64,000 bases of DNA from a virus. The stretch covers positions 1 to 64,000 of the IMG/VR virus record IMGVR_UViG_3300024348_000005. One strand, given 5' to 3'. A program made the position numbers and the translations under genes. The notes below the pieces were generated by a model, which was given only the letters and a program-made list of their open reading frames with translations, ran no database searches and was not told where the DNA came from. Of the stretch, positions 38,552 through 50,800 are shown in pieces; positions within the stretch are counted from its first letter, which is position 1; each line of letters begins with the position of its first letter.

Positions 38552-41500
38552 ATGCTACAAAAACACAGAATATACACAGATATTGGTAAAGACCAAAACA
38601 TCACAGTCGAATTAAAACAAGACTATGATTTATTGGAAATCTTATCTTTAAAGTTTACACAGAAAGACACGTATACTTCACTTTGTTCAGATTACGGTGT
38701 TGTGTGTGGTAGAATCATTGTTAATAATGGTTTTGGGGTACCAAACGCAAGAGTTTCTATATTTGTCCCATTATCGGACGAAGATTCGACAGACCCCGTA
38801 ATTTCGGCTTTATATCCATATAAAGACCCATCAGAAAGAAACGAAGAAACAAATTACAGATATAATTTATTACCGGCAAGAAAACAACACGGAGGACACG
38901 AACCAACTGGAACATTTCCCGACCAATTAGAAGTTCTCAATAGAGAAGAGGTATTGGAAGTTTATGAGAAATATTATAAGTACACGGTTAAGACTAATGA
39001 ATCTGGTGACTTTATGATATGGGGAGTTCCGTTAGGATTACAAAAACTTCATGTTGATTTGGATTTATCGGACATGGGTTGTTTTTCACTAAGACCCGAC
39101 GATTTCATTAGACAAGGAGTTGGATTAGACCAATTTAAAACATCATACGCATTTAAAGCATCTGAAGATATTGATTCATTACCCCAAATCGTTTCATTTG
39201 ATAAGACGGTTGAGGTTGTTCCATTTTGGGGTAATGTTGACTTATGTCAAATAGGAATTACAAGAACGGATTTTGATTTATCAGATAAGGGAGTAAAAAT
39301 TGAACCAAAGGCAATTTTATTAGGGTCAGTATTTTCCGACCAAGGAAACAACACGGTTAATAAAAATTGTACACCAAGAGGTGGTATGGGTAATAAGTGT
39401 GGTCTTATTACCGAACCGGCAACAGTAGAAATATTAAGATTTACAAACAAGAAAGATAGTAACAATCGACCAATATTGGAACTAATGGAAACTAGTGAAG
39501 ATGTTGATGATAGTGGTTCATTTATGATTTCGGTTCCTATGAACATGGAGTTTGTTTACACAAATGAATTCGGTGAGAACGAAATTACAAACGACCCAAA
39601 TAAGGGTATTCCAACATCTGCATGTTATAGATTTAGAGTATCCACAAAAAATGAGTCATTAGGTAGAGTAAGAACAATCGGTTCTTATTTAATACCAAAT
39701 ATTAGGGAATATGCAACTACCGATTCGGAAATTGATAAGTCATATACTTGGTCAACAAATTGGAATGATTATCCATTGGGAGCGTTAAATGATAATATTC
39801 TTTTTAATAACGTCAACGGATCATATTATCCACAAGATTATTTTTATAGATTTAATTATAATAAAATTTATAGTGTATCGTCATTTCTTGGTTCACACAG
39901 TAATGGGAATTTAGGAATCACACAAATTGCACCAAAGGAGGAAGACGATTGTCAAAATAATTCACTAACCCCACCAATTAATCACGCGGTACAAACAATT
40001 ACTTTTGCCATTTTATTGGCAATAATATTAAACACGTTTGAAAGATTAATTTATTATGCGTTTATCGCTGCGGTACAGGTTTTAATATTACCGTTTCAAA
40101 CGTTTTATAATTTTAGAATTTATGTAAAACATATTATCGATTGGAGACCGTTTGATTTTTTTGATAAGTTAGTTATCGAACCATTACAAAGATTTGGTAC
40201 GGTTAGATTAGGTATTGCTATATATCCCGAATGTGAAACATGTGATAACTTGGATTATTCAAATGATTTACCAAATACAAGTACCAATCCAGCCGATTTA
40301 TATAATGAAATTGCTACAGGAAGTGCAATTCCGGATAGTTTTATGACAACATATGGTTGTTCAAGTTATACAGATGGAGACGGGGATACAACTAGACTTT
40401 ATTTTAATATACCATCAACCGCATGTTCAGGAACAACAGTTACACCATCCATTATAAGCGGTTATACTTTATCTCAAATATTAACCGATTACACGGGTAG
40501 ATTTATTGTTAAATTTAATAATTCAGGAGAACATACCACATTAAATTTATTTACTGAATCAATAAATGGTATTGATACGTATTATTATGATGATACACAA
40601 ACAGTTAGTTATAGTGGAGGAAATCCACCAACAGGACCACAGGGTTACAAAATATATGATTCACAATCAAGTTTAACTGGAGGTTCAAATACATCAGGAT
40701 TAAGTAGTGAATTAGAAGGTGGATGTCAACAATATGTTACCGTTTATAAAGAATCTATTGTCTATGGAACATATTGTGTTGGTAATGCATCCACACCATA
40801 TAGTGGATTAACATCCACAAACATAACAGCAGGTACTGTTTGTGGTTCTGGTAAAATTGCTGTTGGTCAAGTTATTAGAAATGTTAATAGTAATCCTTGT
40901 GGTACATGTGGTACACACAGTGGTTATTCTGAATTTAGATATGGTTTATTTACAATTATACCGGCCGCAGCAACTCTTAATTGGGGAGATAATTTTGATG
41001 CAATAACTGAATATGCTAGAAGAAAACTTGTTGCTAAAGTATTTTGTGGTGGTATTGCAAATTATAAATTTATTGACAACTGGTTAACAGGTTCATTGTA
41101 TATGTTTCCATTTAAAGCAAAGGTTAGATGGGACGACGAGGCAACATTAGATTTAAATGTTAGAAGAACAAAATATTGTCCTGATTTAGTTTATTTTAAA
41201 GCGGGAACTGTAGAAAATCCAGACAAAAGATTTTACTATAGATCAACATATTTTAATGGTAGTACATTTAGTAGAAGTGATAGAGAAGGATTGGGTCATC
41301 CAACCACCATTGTTGATTTAGGACCAAGAGATGAGTTTATAAAAGAAATATGTACTGACCCATCATTAGACCCAAATTGTTCAGTTGTTAGAGATATTGG
41401 ACCAACATCTTATCAAAATTTTAAAGAGATGTTAGGTTTATACATTAATTATAAATTAGATTATTTGGCAACAGATGGTAGTACAAGTGGTAATTACAAT

Positions 41501-42337
41501 TCGTTTTTTGAAAACAACGGATATAGTGGTTTTGGTACTGTAATGAATGGTGATATCCTTCAACTAATATCAATAAATAATGAAGTTGGTATTGAAGAAT
41601 TCGATTTACAAAATAGAAATTATGCCGCATATAATCCACAAGTGTTAGATGTTGAATCTTATCCAGGATTATTAAATGGTGGACCACTACCGATAAATTT
41701 AGTACTAGACGATGGTGAGGGATATCGAGTTAGAGCTTGTTTAAATGAGCCCGGAAGATTAACAGAATCATCACAAGAAGTTCCATTTTATTTATGGGAA
41801 AAGGGCGGTGACGGAACAAATGGATTCGGTGCTGGAGTTAGTCAACATTGGGATTATGGTAATATTGAAGTACAACCATTACAAGGAATGACTAAAAATT
41901 ACAAGTATACAGGTGATTCCACACACAAATATTTGTTATTACCGATGACAAAACAATATAGTGGTGATACGTTTACATATACTGGTGTAACATATAATGA
42001 TGTGTATGCGGATATTGAAACAACAGGTACAACACATACAACTTATAATAATCAAGAAGAAGGATTCACGGTACTTGAAATTGCTACAGGTACATTAGAT
42101 AATCCATTGACAGGAACACTATGGATTAGAACTGGAGAAACGAGTAATTGGGCATCAAAGGCATGGACAAACGACCTCGACTTTATGGTAAAACCAACAT
42201 CAACAAATTATAACGGAACAAAACAAATACTATCAACACCATTCTTATTTTATTTTGGATTAAGACCCGGTAAGACTGCGATAGATAAACTAATAGAAAA
42301 ATACGGACCAAAGGGTGCGTTCCCATCTGCTGAATAA
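38552..42337 (+). CDS. Large Cys-rich baseplate-associated structural protein
   Basis: N-terminal YGVVCGRI....GVPNARVSIF (transthyretin/carboxypeptidase-regulatory-like); central hydrophobic segment; C-terminal PFLFYFGLRPGKTAID; late motif upstream. Confidence 0.6.
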   Translation: MLQKHRIYTDIGKDQNITVELKQDYDLLEILSLKFTQKDTYTSLCSDYGVVCGRIIVNNGFGVPNARVSIFVPLSDEDSTDPVISALYPYKDPSERNEETNYRYNLLPARKQHGGHEPTGTFPDQLEVLNREEVLEVYEKYYKYTVKTNESGDFMIWGVPLGLQKLHVDLDLSDMGCFSLRPDDFIRQGVGLDQFKTSYAFKASEDIDSLPQIVSFDKTVEVVPFWGNVDLCQIGITRTDFDLSDKGVKIEPKAILLGSVFSDQGNNTVNKNCTPRGGMGNKCGLITEPATVEILRFTNKKDSNNRPILELMETSEDVDDSGSFMISVPMNMEFVYTNEFGENEITNDPNKGIPTSACYRFRVSTKNESLGRVRTIGSYLIPNIREYATTDSEIDKSYTWSTNWNDYPLGALNDNILFNNVNGSYYPQDYFYRFNYNKIYSVSSFLGSHSNGNLGITQIAPKEEDDCQNNSLTPPINHAVQTITFAILLAIILNTFERLIYYAFIAAVQVLILPFQTFYNFRIYVKHIIDWRPFDFFDKLVIEPLQRFGTVRLGIAIYPECETCDNLDYSNDLPNTSTNPADLYNEIATGSAIPDSFMTTYGCSSYTDGDGDTTRLYFNIPSTACSGTTVTPSIISGYTLSQILTDYTGRFIVKFNNSGEHTTLNLFTESINGIDTYYYDDTQTVSYSGGNPPTGPQGYKIYDSQSSLTGGSNTSGLSSELEGGCQQYVTVYKESIVYGTYCVGNASTPYSGLTSTNITAGTVCGSGKIAVGQVIRNVNSNPCGTCGTHSGYSEFRYGLFTIIPAAATLNWGDNFDAITEYARRKLVAKVFCGGIANYKFIDNWLTGSLYMFPFKAKVRWDDEATLDLNVRRTKYCPDLVYFKAGTVENPDKRFYYRSTYFNGSTFSRSDREGLGHPTTIVDLGPRDEFIKEICTDPSLDPNCSVVRDIGPTSYQNFKEMLGLYINYKLDYLATDGSTSGNYNSFFENNGYSGFGTVMNGDILQLISINNEVGIEEFDLQNRNYAAYNPQVLDVESYPGLLNGGPLPINLVLDDGEGYRVRACLNEPGRLTESSQEVPFYLWEKGGDGTNGFGAGVSQHWDYGNIEVQPLQGMTKNYKYTGDSTHKYLLLPMTKQYSGDTFTYTGVTYNDVYADIETTGTTHTTYNNQEEGFTVLEIATGTLDNPLTGTLWIRTGETSNWASKAWTNDLDFMVKPTSTNYNGTKQILSTPFLFYFGLRPGKTAIDKLIEKYGPKGAFPSAE

Positions 42338-44106
42338 TGGAAAAGAAAAAAATAATATTACCAACCAAGAGATTCTTCAAGGCAGAAGAGGAAGACTTAG
42401 ATTTAAGATTAAATTTAGATTCTTCTGAAAATTTAATGCGTCTTGGTGACAGAGATGTTGTTTTAGATATTGCACAATTATTTAGTGATGAAAGAAACGA
42501 TAGTAAGAATTATAAAATATATGGTAAATTAAAAATGATTTTCAGAAATATGTATTCTGGAAGTACAACATACGAACCATTACAAAAAAATCTTTATTTA
42601 AGTGGTGATGGAAGTGATAATAATTTCGATGGATTTTTACCTTATAATGAATTAGCGTTTTTAAGAAACGATGTTTTAAGAGAAATATACGTACCGTTAA
42701 GTGGAACATCACCAACTTTTGGTGTAACAACAATTTTAACAGGAACAACTAATACAGGTCATACGGTTACCACATCGATTACGGCACCATATAAAAATTG
42801 GAACATATATCTAAGTTATGTACAAAGTCACAATAGTTTGTTCCCAATGAAATATAGTTTATCAGGATCAACTGCGGGTGAAACAATAAGTTTTACATCG
42901 GGTGATGGTATTCCATTTAGATTATCATATTCAGGTGGTTCTTATTATGAATTAACTTCACCTGTTGAACATGGAATGAAATCTGGGGAGTTTGTTGTAT
43001 TATCAGGAACAACATTAACAGGAAACGTTAGTGGTAGAACATTTACAATTGATAGTGTTGGTAATGAGGTTCACAATTCAGAAAAATATGTAATTAATTT
43101 ATTAAAGAGTCAAATTTTAACAGGAACAACAATACCATTATTAACTGTTGGTAAAAGATGTTTAAATAGAAATGATATTACAGGTACAACATCACAATAT
43201 TATGTTCATCAACATAAAACATTAACAGATTCTACGAATTATATTTTAGATAAAATTGGTTTTGAAACCCCAATATGGGAAGACGAAAGAAAACTATTAA
43301 TTGAAAATTCAAATGGTGATAATGACGTATTAGTTGAAAGAAATAGAATGGAATCTTTAATATATGATTTTAAAGAACCATTAATATTAACAGGAATAAC
43401 AAATAATTTAGGATACACACCAACAGATGTTTATTTAACTGTTATATATAGAAACTCAAACGGATTTTTTAATTACCCACCAAAAGTTGGATGGAAATTT
43501 AATTTTCACAATACTTGGATTGATAAACATTTTAGTGGTACGACATCAAATGAAACTAAAATAACTACAACGTCTTTTACTAAATCAGGTTTTACATTTT
43601 ATAGTGGAAATTCAATCACAATAGGTACTACCGGATTAACGGGTGCATATGTTGAATATAATAAAACCGAATTAAAGGAAAGAATTATAAGTGAAGCATA
43701 TCATAAGATATCAAATCCAATAGCAACATTTGACCACAATCAAGATGGTAATGTTGATGGATTTTCAGGAGCAACCGCCGAAAATCTATTTGGTTTATAT
43801 TATCAACCATATCATAAGGTAAAATTAAAAGAATTGTCTCCATATGTTGAAACATCAAAAACAAACGACATTATAAACTTACCTGAAAATACAATGTATT
43901 TTGAAAAGGAAGGGTTATGGAAATGGAGAGATTTATATGACCATGGATATATTGACCCCGATGGTTATGGTGTTAATCATCCATTTATAAACAATATTCA
44001 TTATGTAAAAAATGATATTAATTTCTATTTAAGAAATGAGAGATTATACCAAAATAAAACTGACGGATTGACAAACTTCAACGATAAAACAATAACCGAC
44101 TGTTAA
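42337..44106 (+). CDS. Virion structural protein (589 aa)
   Basis: Translationally coupled within the baseplate operon; Thr/Gly/Ser-rich; WKWRDLYDHGYID motif. Confidence 0.6.
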   Translation: MEKKKIILPTKRFFKAEEEDLDLRLNLDSSENLMRLGDRDVVLDIAQLFSDERNDSKNYKIYGKLKMIFRNMYSGSTTYEPLQKNLYLSGDGSDNNFDGFLPYNELAFLRNDVLREIYVPLSGTSPTFGVTTILTGTTNTGHTVTTSITAPYKNWNIYLSYVQSHNSLFPMKYSLSGSTAGETISFTSGDGIPFRLSYSGGSYYELTSPVEHGMKSGEFVVLSGTTLTGNVSGRTFTIDSVGNEVHNSEKYVINLLKSQILTGTTIPLLTVGKRCLNRNDITGTTSQYYVHQHKTLTDSTNYILDKIGFETPIWEDERKLLIENSNGDNDVLVERNRMESLIYDFKEPLILTGITNNLGYTPTDVYLTVIYRNSNGFFNYPPKVGWKFNFHNTWIDKHFSGTTSNETKITTTSFTKSGFTFYSGNSITIGTTGLTGAYVEYNKTELKERIISEAYHKISNPIATFDHNQDGNVDGFSGATAENLFGLYYQPYHKVKLKELSPYVETSKTNDIINLPENTMYFEKEGLWKWRDLYDHGYIDPDGYGVNHPFINNIHYVKNDINFYLRNERLYQNKTDGLTNFNDKTITDC

Positions 44107-45665
44107 TGAAAATTTTATCTAATACAAATGATTTAACAATATCCATGAACATGGAACAAGATTTTAAAACAGATCTTGGTTGGGAAGAAGGTGCTCTTCA
44201 AATGGAAGAACAAATTCTAAGTGAAATCATTAATCCAATTGAAAATTATGAGACCGTTAGATATATTCACAAACCTTATGATGTAACAAAAAGTGGTACA
44301 ACATTTCAACAAACCGACATATGGTTTAGTTTTTATTTTTTAAATGGGTCAACATATGTTAACGATTATGAACCAACGGGTCTTTCTAATAAAGAAAATG
44401 CTTTAATGTTAAAACAAACCGTTAAAAGTTTTTTTAGATTAGAATTTTTTAAAACGCCAAATAGTGTAAAACCAGATAGAACAAATAGAAAATTAGTTTT
44501 TGCTAAAAATTTATCGTTACCATTGGGAGAAAAATATTTCCACACCACACTCAACGATTACATATTCTTACCTGTTTTTATGGGATCAAACTATAGAAAT
44601 AAAGAAAACATGTATTTGTTTTGGTTTCAGGATGAGAGTCCATTTAGTGGAACAACAATAACAGGAAACACATTTTGGATGACCGCAAAGTTTTATAATG
44701 CGGAAGATGGTAGTATAAGTGATTTTGTTAATAAACCAAATTTTACAGATGTGGTTTCTGATGGTAGAATTGGTAAGAGTGGAAACCCAATTAAGTTTTA
44801 TGAAAAAAATAGTATATCGGGTTATACTGAATATGAAGATTTATATTATAAAGTAACAATTGATAAAAGTGATTATTCATATATGGTTGAAAGGGATGTT
44901 CAGAATGACATAACCCTTACCCCAACACCAACACCTGCAACCCCTACCCCCACACCAACAACCGGAGGTGGAGGAGCAACAAACACCCCAACACCAACAG
45001 CAACCCCTACACCGACACCAACAGCAACCCCTACACCGACACCAACAGCAACCCCTACACCGACACCAACAGAAATAACTTTAATATTTACCGCAACTGT
45101 TGATAATACACAATACGGTGAGCAACCACCAAATAATATTGTAACGGTTACAGTAGAATCAAGTAGTAGTGCGGTAGGAACATATCTTTGGTGGGGTAAA
45201 AAATCTGGAACCGCCACAACAGCAGAGTTTACTAACCTTAATACCGCAATGTTAATTACCGCATCTACGGGACATACCTTTGAATTAGTAATAGATGACG
45301 ATGAAACTACTGAAACAGATCAAACATTTTCTGTTGCCATCTTTACAGGGTCATCAACCAACGCTGGTGGAGAAGTTGCATATACATCCACATTTACAAT
45401 ACTTGATGATTCTATAGCCCCACAATATAGATATGCAATATTAGAAAGAATAAAAGATTATAATGGAGGCCCTTGTGATTTGGCTGGCAATAATTTAACA
45501 AATTATTATTGGGATCAAGTAAATGACGGTATCCTTGATGGTAGTGACCAGTTATGGAGTGGTGCGGGATATTGTTATAGAGTTGTTTCATTTACCAACG
45601 ACACTAACGAATTAGGTAATACTCAAATTAGCGATGCGTCAAAAAATAACTGTCCATCATGTTAA
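44106..45665 (+). CDS. Structural protein with Pro/Thr linker, Calx-beta-like domain and Cys-rich tip
   Basis: PT repeats ~44915-45070; TFELVIDDDETTETDQTFSV...TFTILDD is a Calx-beta-like signature. Confidence 0.65.
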   Translation: MKILSNTNDLTISMNMEQDFKTDLGWEEGALQMEEQILSEIINPIENYETVRYIHKPYDVTKSGTTFQQTDIWFSFYFLNGSTYVNDYEPTGLSNKENALMLKQTVKSFFRLEFFKTPNSVKPDRTNRKLVFAKNLSLPLGEKYFHTTLNDYIFLPVFMGSNYRNKENMYLFWFQDESPFSGTTITGNTFWMTAKFYNAEDGSISDFVNKPNFTDVVSDGRIGKSGNPIKFYEKNSISGYTEYEDLYYKVTIDKSDYSYMVERDVQNDITLTPTPTPATPTPTPTTGGGGATNTPTPTATPTPTPTATPTPTPTATPTPTPTEITLIFTATVDNTQYGEQPPNNIVTVTVESSSSAVGTYLWWGKKSGTATTAEFTNLNTAMLITASTGHTFELVIDDDETTETDQTFSVAIFTGSSTNAGGEVAYTSTFTILDDSIAPQYRYAILERIKDYNGGPCDLAGNNLTNYYWDQVNDGILDGSDQLWSGAGYCYRVVSFTNDTNELGNTQISDASKNNCPSC

Positions 45666-45681
45666 TCTCAATAATAGTTAA

Positions 45682-46863
45682 ATGAAAAAGAATAGATACG
45701 AAATATTAAGAAAAAACATTGTTAGTGGATCTTTAGTGTCAACAACAAGTCAAAATTGGTATGACAGCAATGGTGATTTAACACCGTGGTCAGGTAGTAT
45801 TTACATCGGACCAAACATCGGAGATGGTATATATAATTTCACGGGTAGTGTTGATAATAAATATTCAAGTAACGTTACCCAAGGTCATTACAAATGGAAC
45901 GGAACTACTTGGATTTCAACACCACTGAGTGGATTATCTGAAAGTTATAATCTACCGGTATTTTTAGAAAGTACGGTAGATGAGATGGGCGTTATGGTTG
46001 GATTTGACGGTGCAATTGAACAAATGGAACAACTTGTTAATTTCTCATATACTCAAACAGGTTCCACAATACAAGTTTATAGTACGGTTAATCCCGATAA
46101 ACTTAGAAAAATTGTTGAACAAACATATACAATTAATTGGGGTGATGGATTAATTTCAGGACTAACAGTTAATGGTGGTGTTGTTGGACAATCTTTGCCA
46201 TCACTTTCACACATATACGCAGCACCTTCAGGATACACTATAACAATAACATTAGATGCACCGTGGACTAAACAAAAATTAAGTAAAAAGATTACAGTTC
46301 CAAGAAATACCACAATAACAAACTCATTAGGTTCTTTTACAGGAACAACGGTACCAGCATATTCAAACCTAACAGGACAAACTCAAAATTACCTAAATGA
46401 CCTTGATATTACAAACAACACGGGTTATACTACAACAGGTTTCACATATATGGCGGTTGGTGGTAGTAGGTTAGATGAATTAAAAAAATACGGTTCAACG
46501 GGATATACCCAAACTTTAACAAGCGGTTCTTCTCCCGACTTAGTTAAATTTACGGGTTACACATTTACATACACCGGTAATACAACTGGTACCACCACAT
46601 TACAATATAGAGACTATGAGGATGGTTATACCATGATAACAGGGTCAACAACAGGATTTACAAAAGAAGAAGTATTCAATAAGATTTTAACAAGAAACGA
46701 ACATTTTTTAGGATTTATTGATGAACCAACAATTTATTCTGATTTATTTGTTGAAAGGGGTAAACAAGGTGTTATGGAAATTAACCTCAGATTGGGTGAA
46801 ATTGATAACGTTGGTGAATTGGATATCTATGGAAATGGATATTTTAACGTAAGAAAACAATAA
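45682..46863 (+). CDS. Structural protein with PKD-like domain
   Basis: YTINWGDG....SHIYAAPSGYTITITL PKD motif. Confidence 0.65.
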   Translation: MKKNRYEILRKNIVSGSLVSTTSQNWYDSNGDLTPWSGSIYIGPNIGDGIYNFTGSVDNKYSSNVTQGHYKWNGTTWISTPLSGLSESYNLPVFLESTVDEMGVMVGFDGAIEQMEQLVNFSYTQTGSTIQVYSTVNPDKLRKIVEQTYTINWGDGLISGLTVNGGVVGQSLPSLSHIYAAPSGYTITITLDAPWTKQKLSKKITVPRNTTITNSLGSFTGTTVPAYSNLTGQTQNYLNDLDITNNTGYTTTGFTYMAVGGSRLDELKKYGSTGYTQTLTSGSSPDLVKFTGYTFTYTGNTTGTTTLQYRDYEDGYTMITGSTTGFTKEEVFNKILTRNEHFLGFIDEPTIYSDLFVERGKQGVMEINLRLGEIDNVGELDIYGNGYFNVRKQ

Positions 46864-46888
46864 AAATTATATTTATTATTAAAAGTAT

Positions 46889-47806
46889 ATGGCAGTAGGT
46901 AGTTACGGAATAATTAGACCCGCAGATGTGTCACCAGATGATGTAGAAATATTTTATCACTACGTTTCAGGAAGAACGTCAACCGCACCGGTTTCTCTAA
47001 AAACTTTAAACAGTTCTAGTGTTTTGACACCAGTTTATCATGGTAATGATACTACAGATGATACAAACGCCCCAAATTTGGAAGTTTTAGGAGGATTATA
47101 TAATTTAAAATTAGAATCTGCGGATTTCACGGACTTAGGAATATATACACTTCATGTAAGACCAAAACAAATAAGAACTACAATTACAGATTGTGGTGTG
47201 TTGGCGTCATTACCTTCAGTAAGAGGTTTAGTTATAGATTTAAGTAATGTTCCTTCTGGTGACAGAAGTAAATTTACCCCTCAAGGATTAATTGGATATA
47301 GAATAGAATATATAAACACTGAGAACAAAAAAGTAACAAACTTCTATAGATTAGTTACTTCATCGTTTTATTGTACACCTGTGGTTTCTAATTTATCTAG
47401 TACAACACAAAAGGCGATTAGATATCAATATAGTGATGCTGCAACGAATATGTTGTTTTTAACAGTAACACCATCGTCCGCACCATCAAGTAAACCAAAC
47501 ACAATTCCATTTATCGGTACACCGGGTCAAAAAATTATTTTTACCAATACATTTTTTAACCCAACAACGATTGAGGTTGAAATGGTTGAACATGACGCAT
47601 CAACATTGGCACATGCATTATATGGTAATCAAAGTAAGGCGGTTACACCGGGTATTTACACAATTTACGATAACAATAACAATATCTATAAACAATACAA
47701 CTTATACGAAATCAAAGACGACGTTAACGAAACATTATACGAAGTTAGAGAGAAGAGAACAGATATTGATGAAACTTTAAATTTTGATACAATTACCGAA
47801 TTATAA
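46889..47806 (+). CDS. Virion structural protein (305 aa)
   Basis: Late motif upstream; coupled to the next gene; beta-rich. Confidence 0.6.
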   Translation: MAVGSYGIIRPADVSPDDVEIFYHYVSGRTSTAPVSLKTLNSSSVLTPVYHGNDTTDDTNAPNLEVLGGLYNLKLESADFTDLGIYTLHVRPKQIRTTITDCGVLASLPSVRGLVIDLSNVPSGDRSKFTPQGLIGYRIEYINTENKKVTNFYRLVTSSFYCTPVVSNLSSTTQKAIRYQYSDAATNMLFLTVTPSSAPSSKPNTIPFIGTPGQKIIFTNTFFNPTTIEVEMVEHDASTLAHALYGNQSKAVTPGIYTIYDNNNNIYKQYNLYEIKDDVNETLYEVREKRTDIDETLNFDTITEL

Positions 47807-50800
47807 TGGCAAAATATAAAGTTCCAAGTCAGGCGGCTAATGGATCACAAACTTTTAGTGACAACTTAATCGGAGTTCAAATCACCGATGGTACTAGCCA
47901 ATTGACCAATACGAACTTTGCTCTTGATAAAACAATACCTGAAAGGGACGCTAAAAATTTTAAAACAAATCCGTTTTCGGATTTTTTAACTTTAGACGAT
48001 TTAAAAATTGAAGAGTCCGCTCCAATCACACAATCTAAATTAGAAAAAAATCAATCAGTTAAATTTAGAGATTCAAAAAAAGATTCAGGAAAATCATTAT
48101 ATGGTTCATTAAAAAGTAGAATTGGAGTCGCGGTTACAAAAATTATTAAGTTTTTTCCTGCCTCGGTTATGGTTGATATCGACTCACCAAAGAGTCAAAG
48201 TGGTCTAACTGCGTATAACATAACATATAATCAAAATACAAAAAGAACTAGATTAGATATTGAATTAGGAATGTTTTACAATCCATTCGATATTCTTTTT
48301 ACAAAACCAAATACAAACACAGTTGTTACTGTTGATAACCCAATTAGAAATTTCTATTCATCATATAAAAAATATGTAATTGAATTAAGTGGTGTTACAT
48401 ATAATATTGTTAGTTATGTTGAACCTAATACAAAAAATAAAATAACTCTAACGGTTTTAGGTAATCCATTCAATGGACAAACAACAACCACTAAAAATAT
48501 TTTAATTAGACCAAACGATGGTGTAAAGGAAGAATTTTTTATAGGACTTGATGATTTAGAATCATCATTATTAAATAGAGAAACACTACCAATTTACCAA
48601 TCAACATTTAAAGTACCAAGAGATATTAAGAATGGTTCGGTAACGAGTTTGTTAGATGTAAAATACAATTGGCCAATATCAAAAGACAATTACAATTTAC
48701 AAATTGTAGGTATTGGATATGATGAATATATTAATAATTTAATTGATGTTGCAGATGAAATTGATGAATATAAGTCTAACTTATTAGTTAGATTTTTATC
48801 TTCACCACAATTATTTGAATTTGATAGTGATGACAAAAAAGCGGAGTCTGTATTTCAATTATATGGACAAAGTTTTGACAAGGTAAAAAAATATATAGAC
48901 AATATTGCTTACATGAGAAATGTAAGTTATGATGGAGTTAATAACCTACCCGACATATTATTAAAAAATTTATCTAACACTTTAGGTTTAAGTACAATTA
49001 ATCTTTTTGATGAAAAGGATTTAAATGAACTTTTATATACAAGAACAGATACACAATATTCAGGATTAACGGTAGGAACCACTATCGTTGACGCAGAAAA
49101 TGAATTTTACAGAAGATTATTAGTTAATCTTTCATACATATACAAATCAAAAGGTACAAGGTCTTCAATTGAATTCTTTTTGAAATTCTTAGGAGCACCC
49201 GAACCTTTAATTAAGATTGATGAGTACGTCTATAATATAGTTTCATTACCAAAGTCATTTAACATTGATAGTGAAATTAGAAGTGTGATTATGGGTGATA
49301 AAACTGATTTAATAATTTCAGGATTCACACCGTCAACATATTCATACTCAACAGGTACAACATTAGCATCAACAACATACACTAGAGAGGAATACCCTGT
49401 TACAACTGACGGTTTACCAAGAGGATACAGTAGTGTTACTAATAATAATTTCTTTCAACAAGGTTCTGGTTGGTACGACATGACGTTAGACCATAGGTCT
49501 TCAACAACGTTAGATATTGAAAACTCAACAACAACAGGTAGAACAAAAACAATAAAAACAAAAAACAAACCATACACATATGGTGAAGAATATTTTGATA
49601 TTTTTAGATCATTACCGGGTTTAGATACGGGATTTGAAATCGTAAGTAAAGTTGACAACAATCAAAAACAAATTGTCAACAACAATTCAACTTTAATTCT
49701 TAATAGAAAAAATATTAGTGTTTATCTTTCATCCGCTAATGTGATGGATTTTGACATATATCGTAAATCTAGAGATTTGGAATTGTCATTTGGTTCTAAC
49801 ACATTGTTACCACAAACAGGTTATACGTTTGCTGAGTATGTTGATAGAATGTTACATGACCAAATTAGAAATTCACATGTAATAAAGTACAAAAAGAATT
49901 ACATCACCTTAGAGGATATACACCAAGATTATATTACTAATAGTAATTTTACTCCATATAATTTTCCAAGTGTAAATGAATTTGTAAATAAAATAGGACC
50001 ATATTGGACGCAGGTTTTAGACCAAGTAATCCCATCAACTACTTTATGGACAGGTGGTAACCTAATTCAAAATGGTATTTTTGGTAGACCAAAATATTCT
50101 TATAGATTTGGATGTAAACCAAAAGAAATTATTGAGAATGTTTATCCGAAACCAATTACATCGGGATATCAACCATTTCAAGATGAAATTGAACAATTTG
50201 ACGAATATTATGAATTTTCAACAGAAATAGATGAAACGGGTGAATCATCACATGATGGATATATAAGATTTTTTCCAACGTTTGAATTAGATGGTGTTTT
50301 GTTTAGTGGTAGTTCAAATAACTCAAGTACATATGTTTTAATATCAGGTAGCACACCAACAGCGACAAGTGCAAGGTTATATACAGGTAATGGAAATGAA
50401 ATTATTACAAATAATCCAAGTTTATACTCAAATGACTTTAATCAAATAAAACAATTATGGAAAAATGCAATAACAGGAACAACCGAATATATTAATACAT
50501 GTACCGATTGTTTATATTCTAGTTATACAACGGATTTATTTGGTAGAAACAATGAATATGCTGACGAAATTAGTTATTCAGGAATTTCAGGTTCAACACA
50601 GTATTTTAATGATTTTGGATATAGTCAAGGGTATGTTCCACTTCTAAAAAGTATTCGTAAAAAATTATTAACAGTTTCTTTTTTTACCGATAATAATGGT
50701 GAAGAAAAAATGAAAGTGACTTCGTTTTCGTATGGTCCAAATGATGGTACAATATGTAAAAGTTTTGTATTTGGTTTAGATGGTTTTGGTGATAATGATG

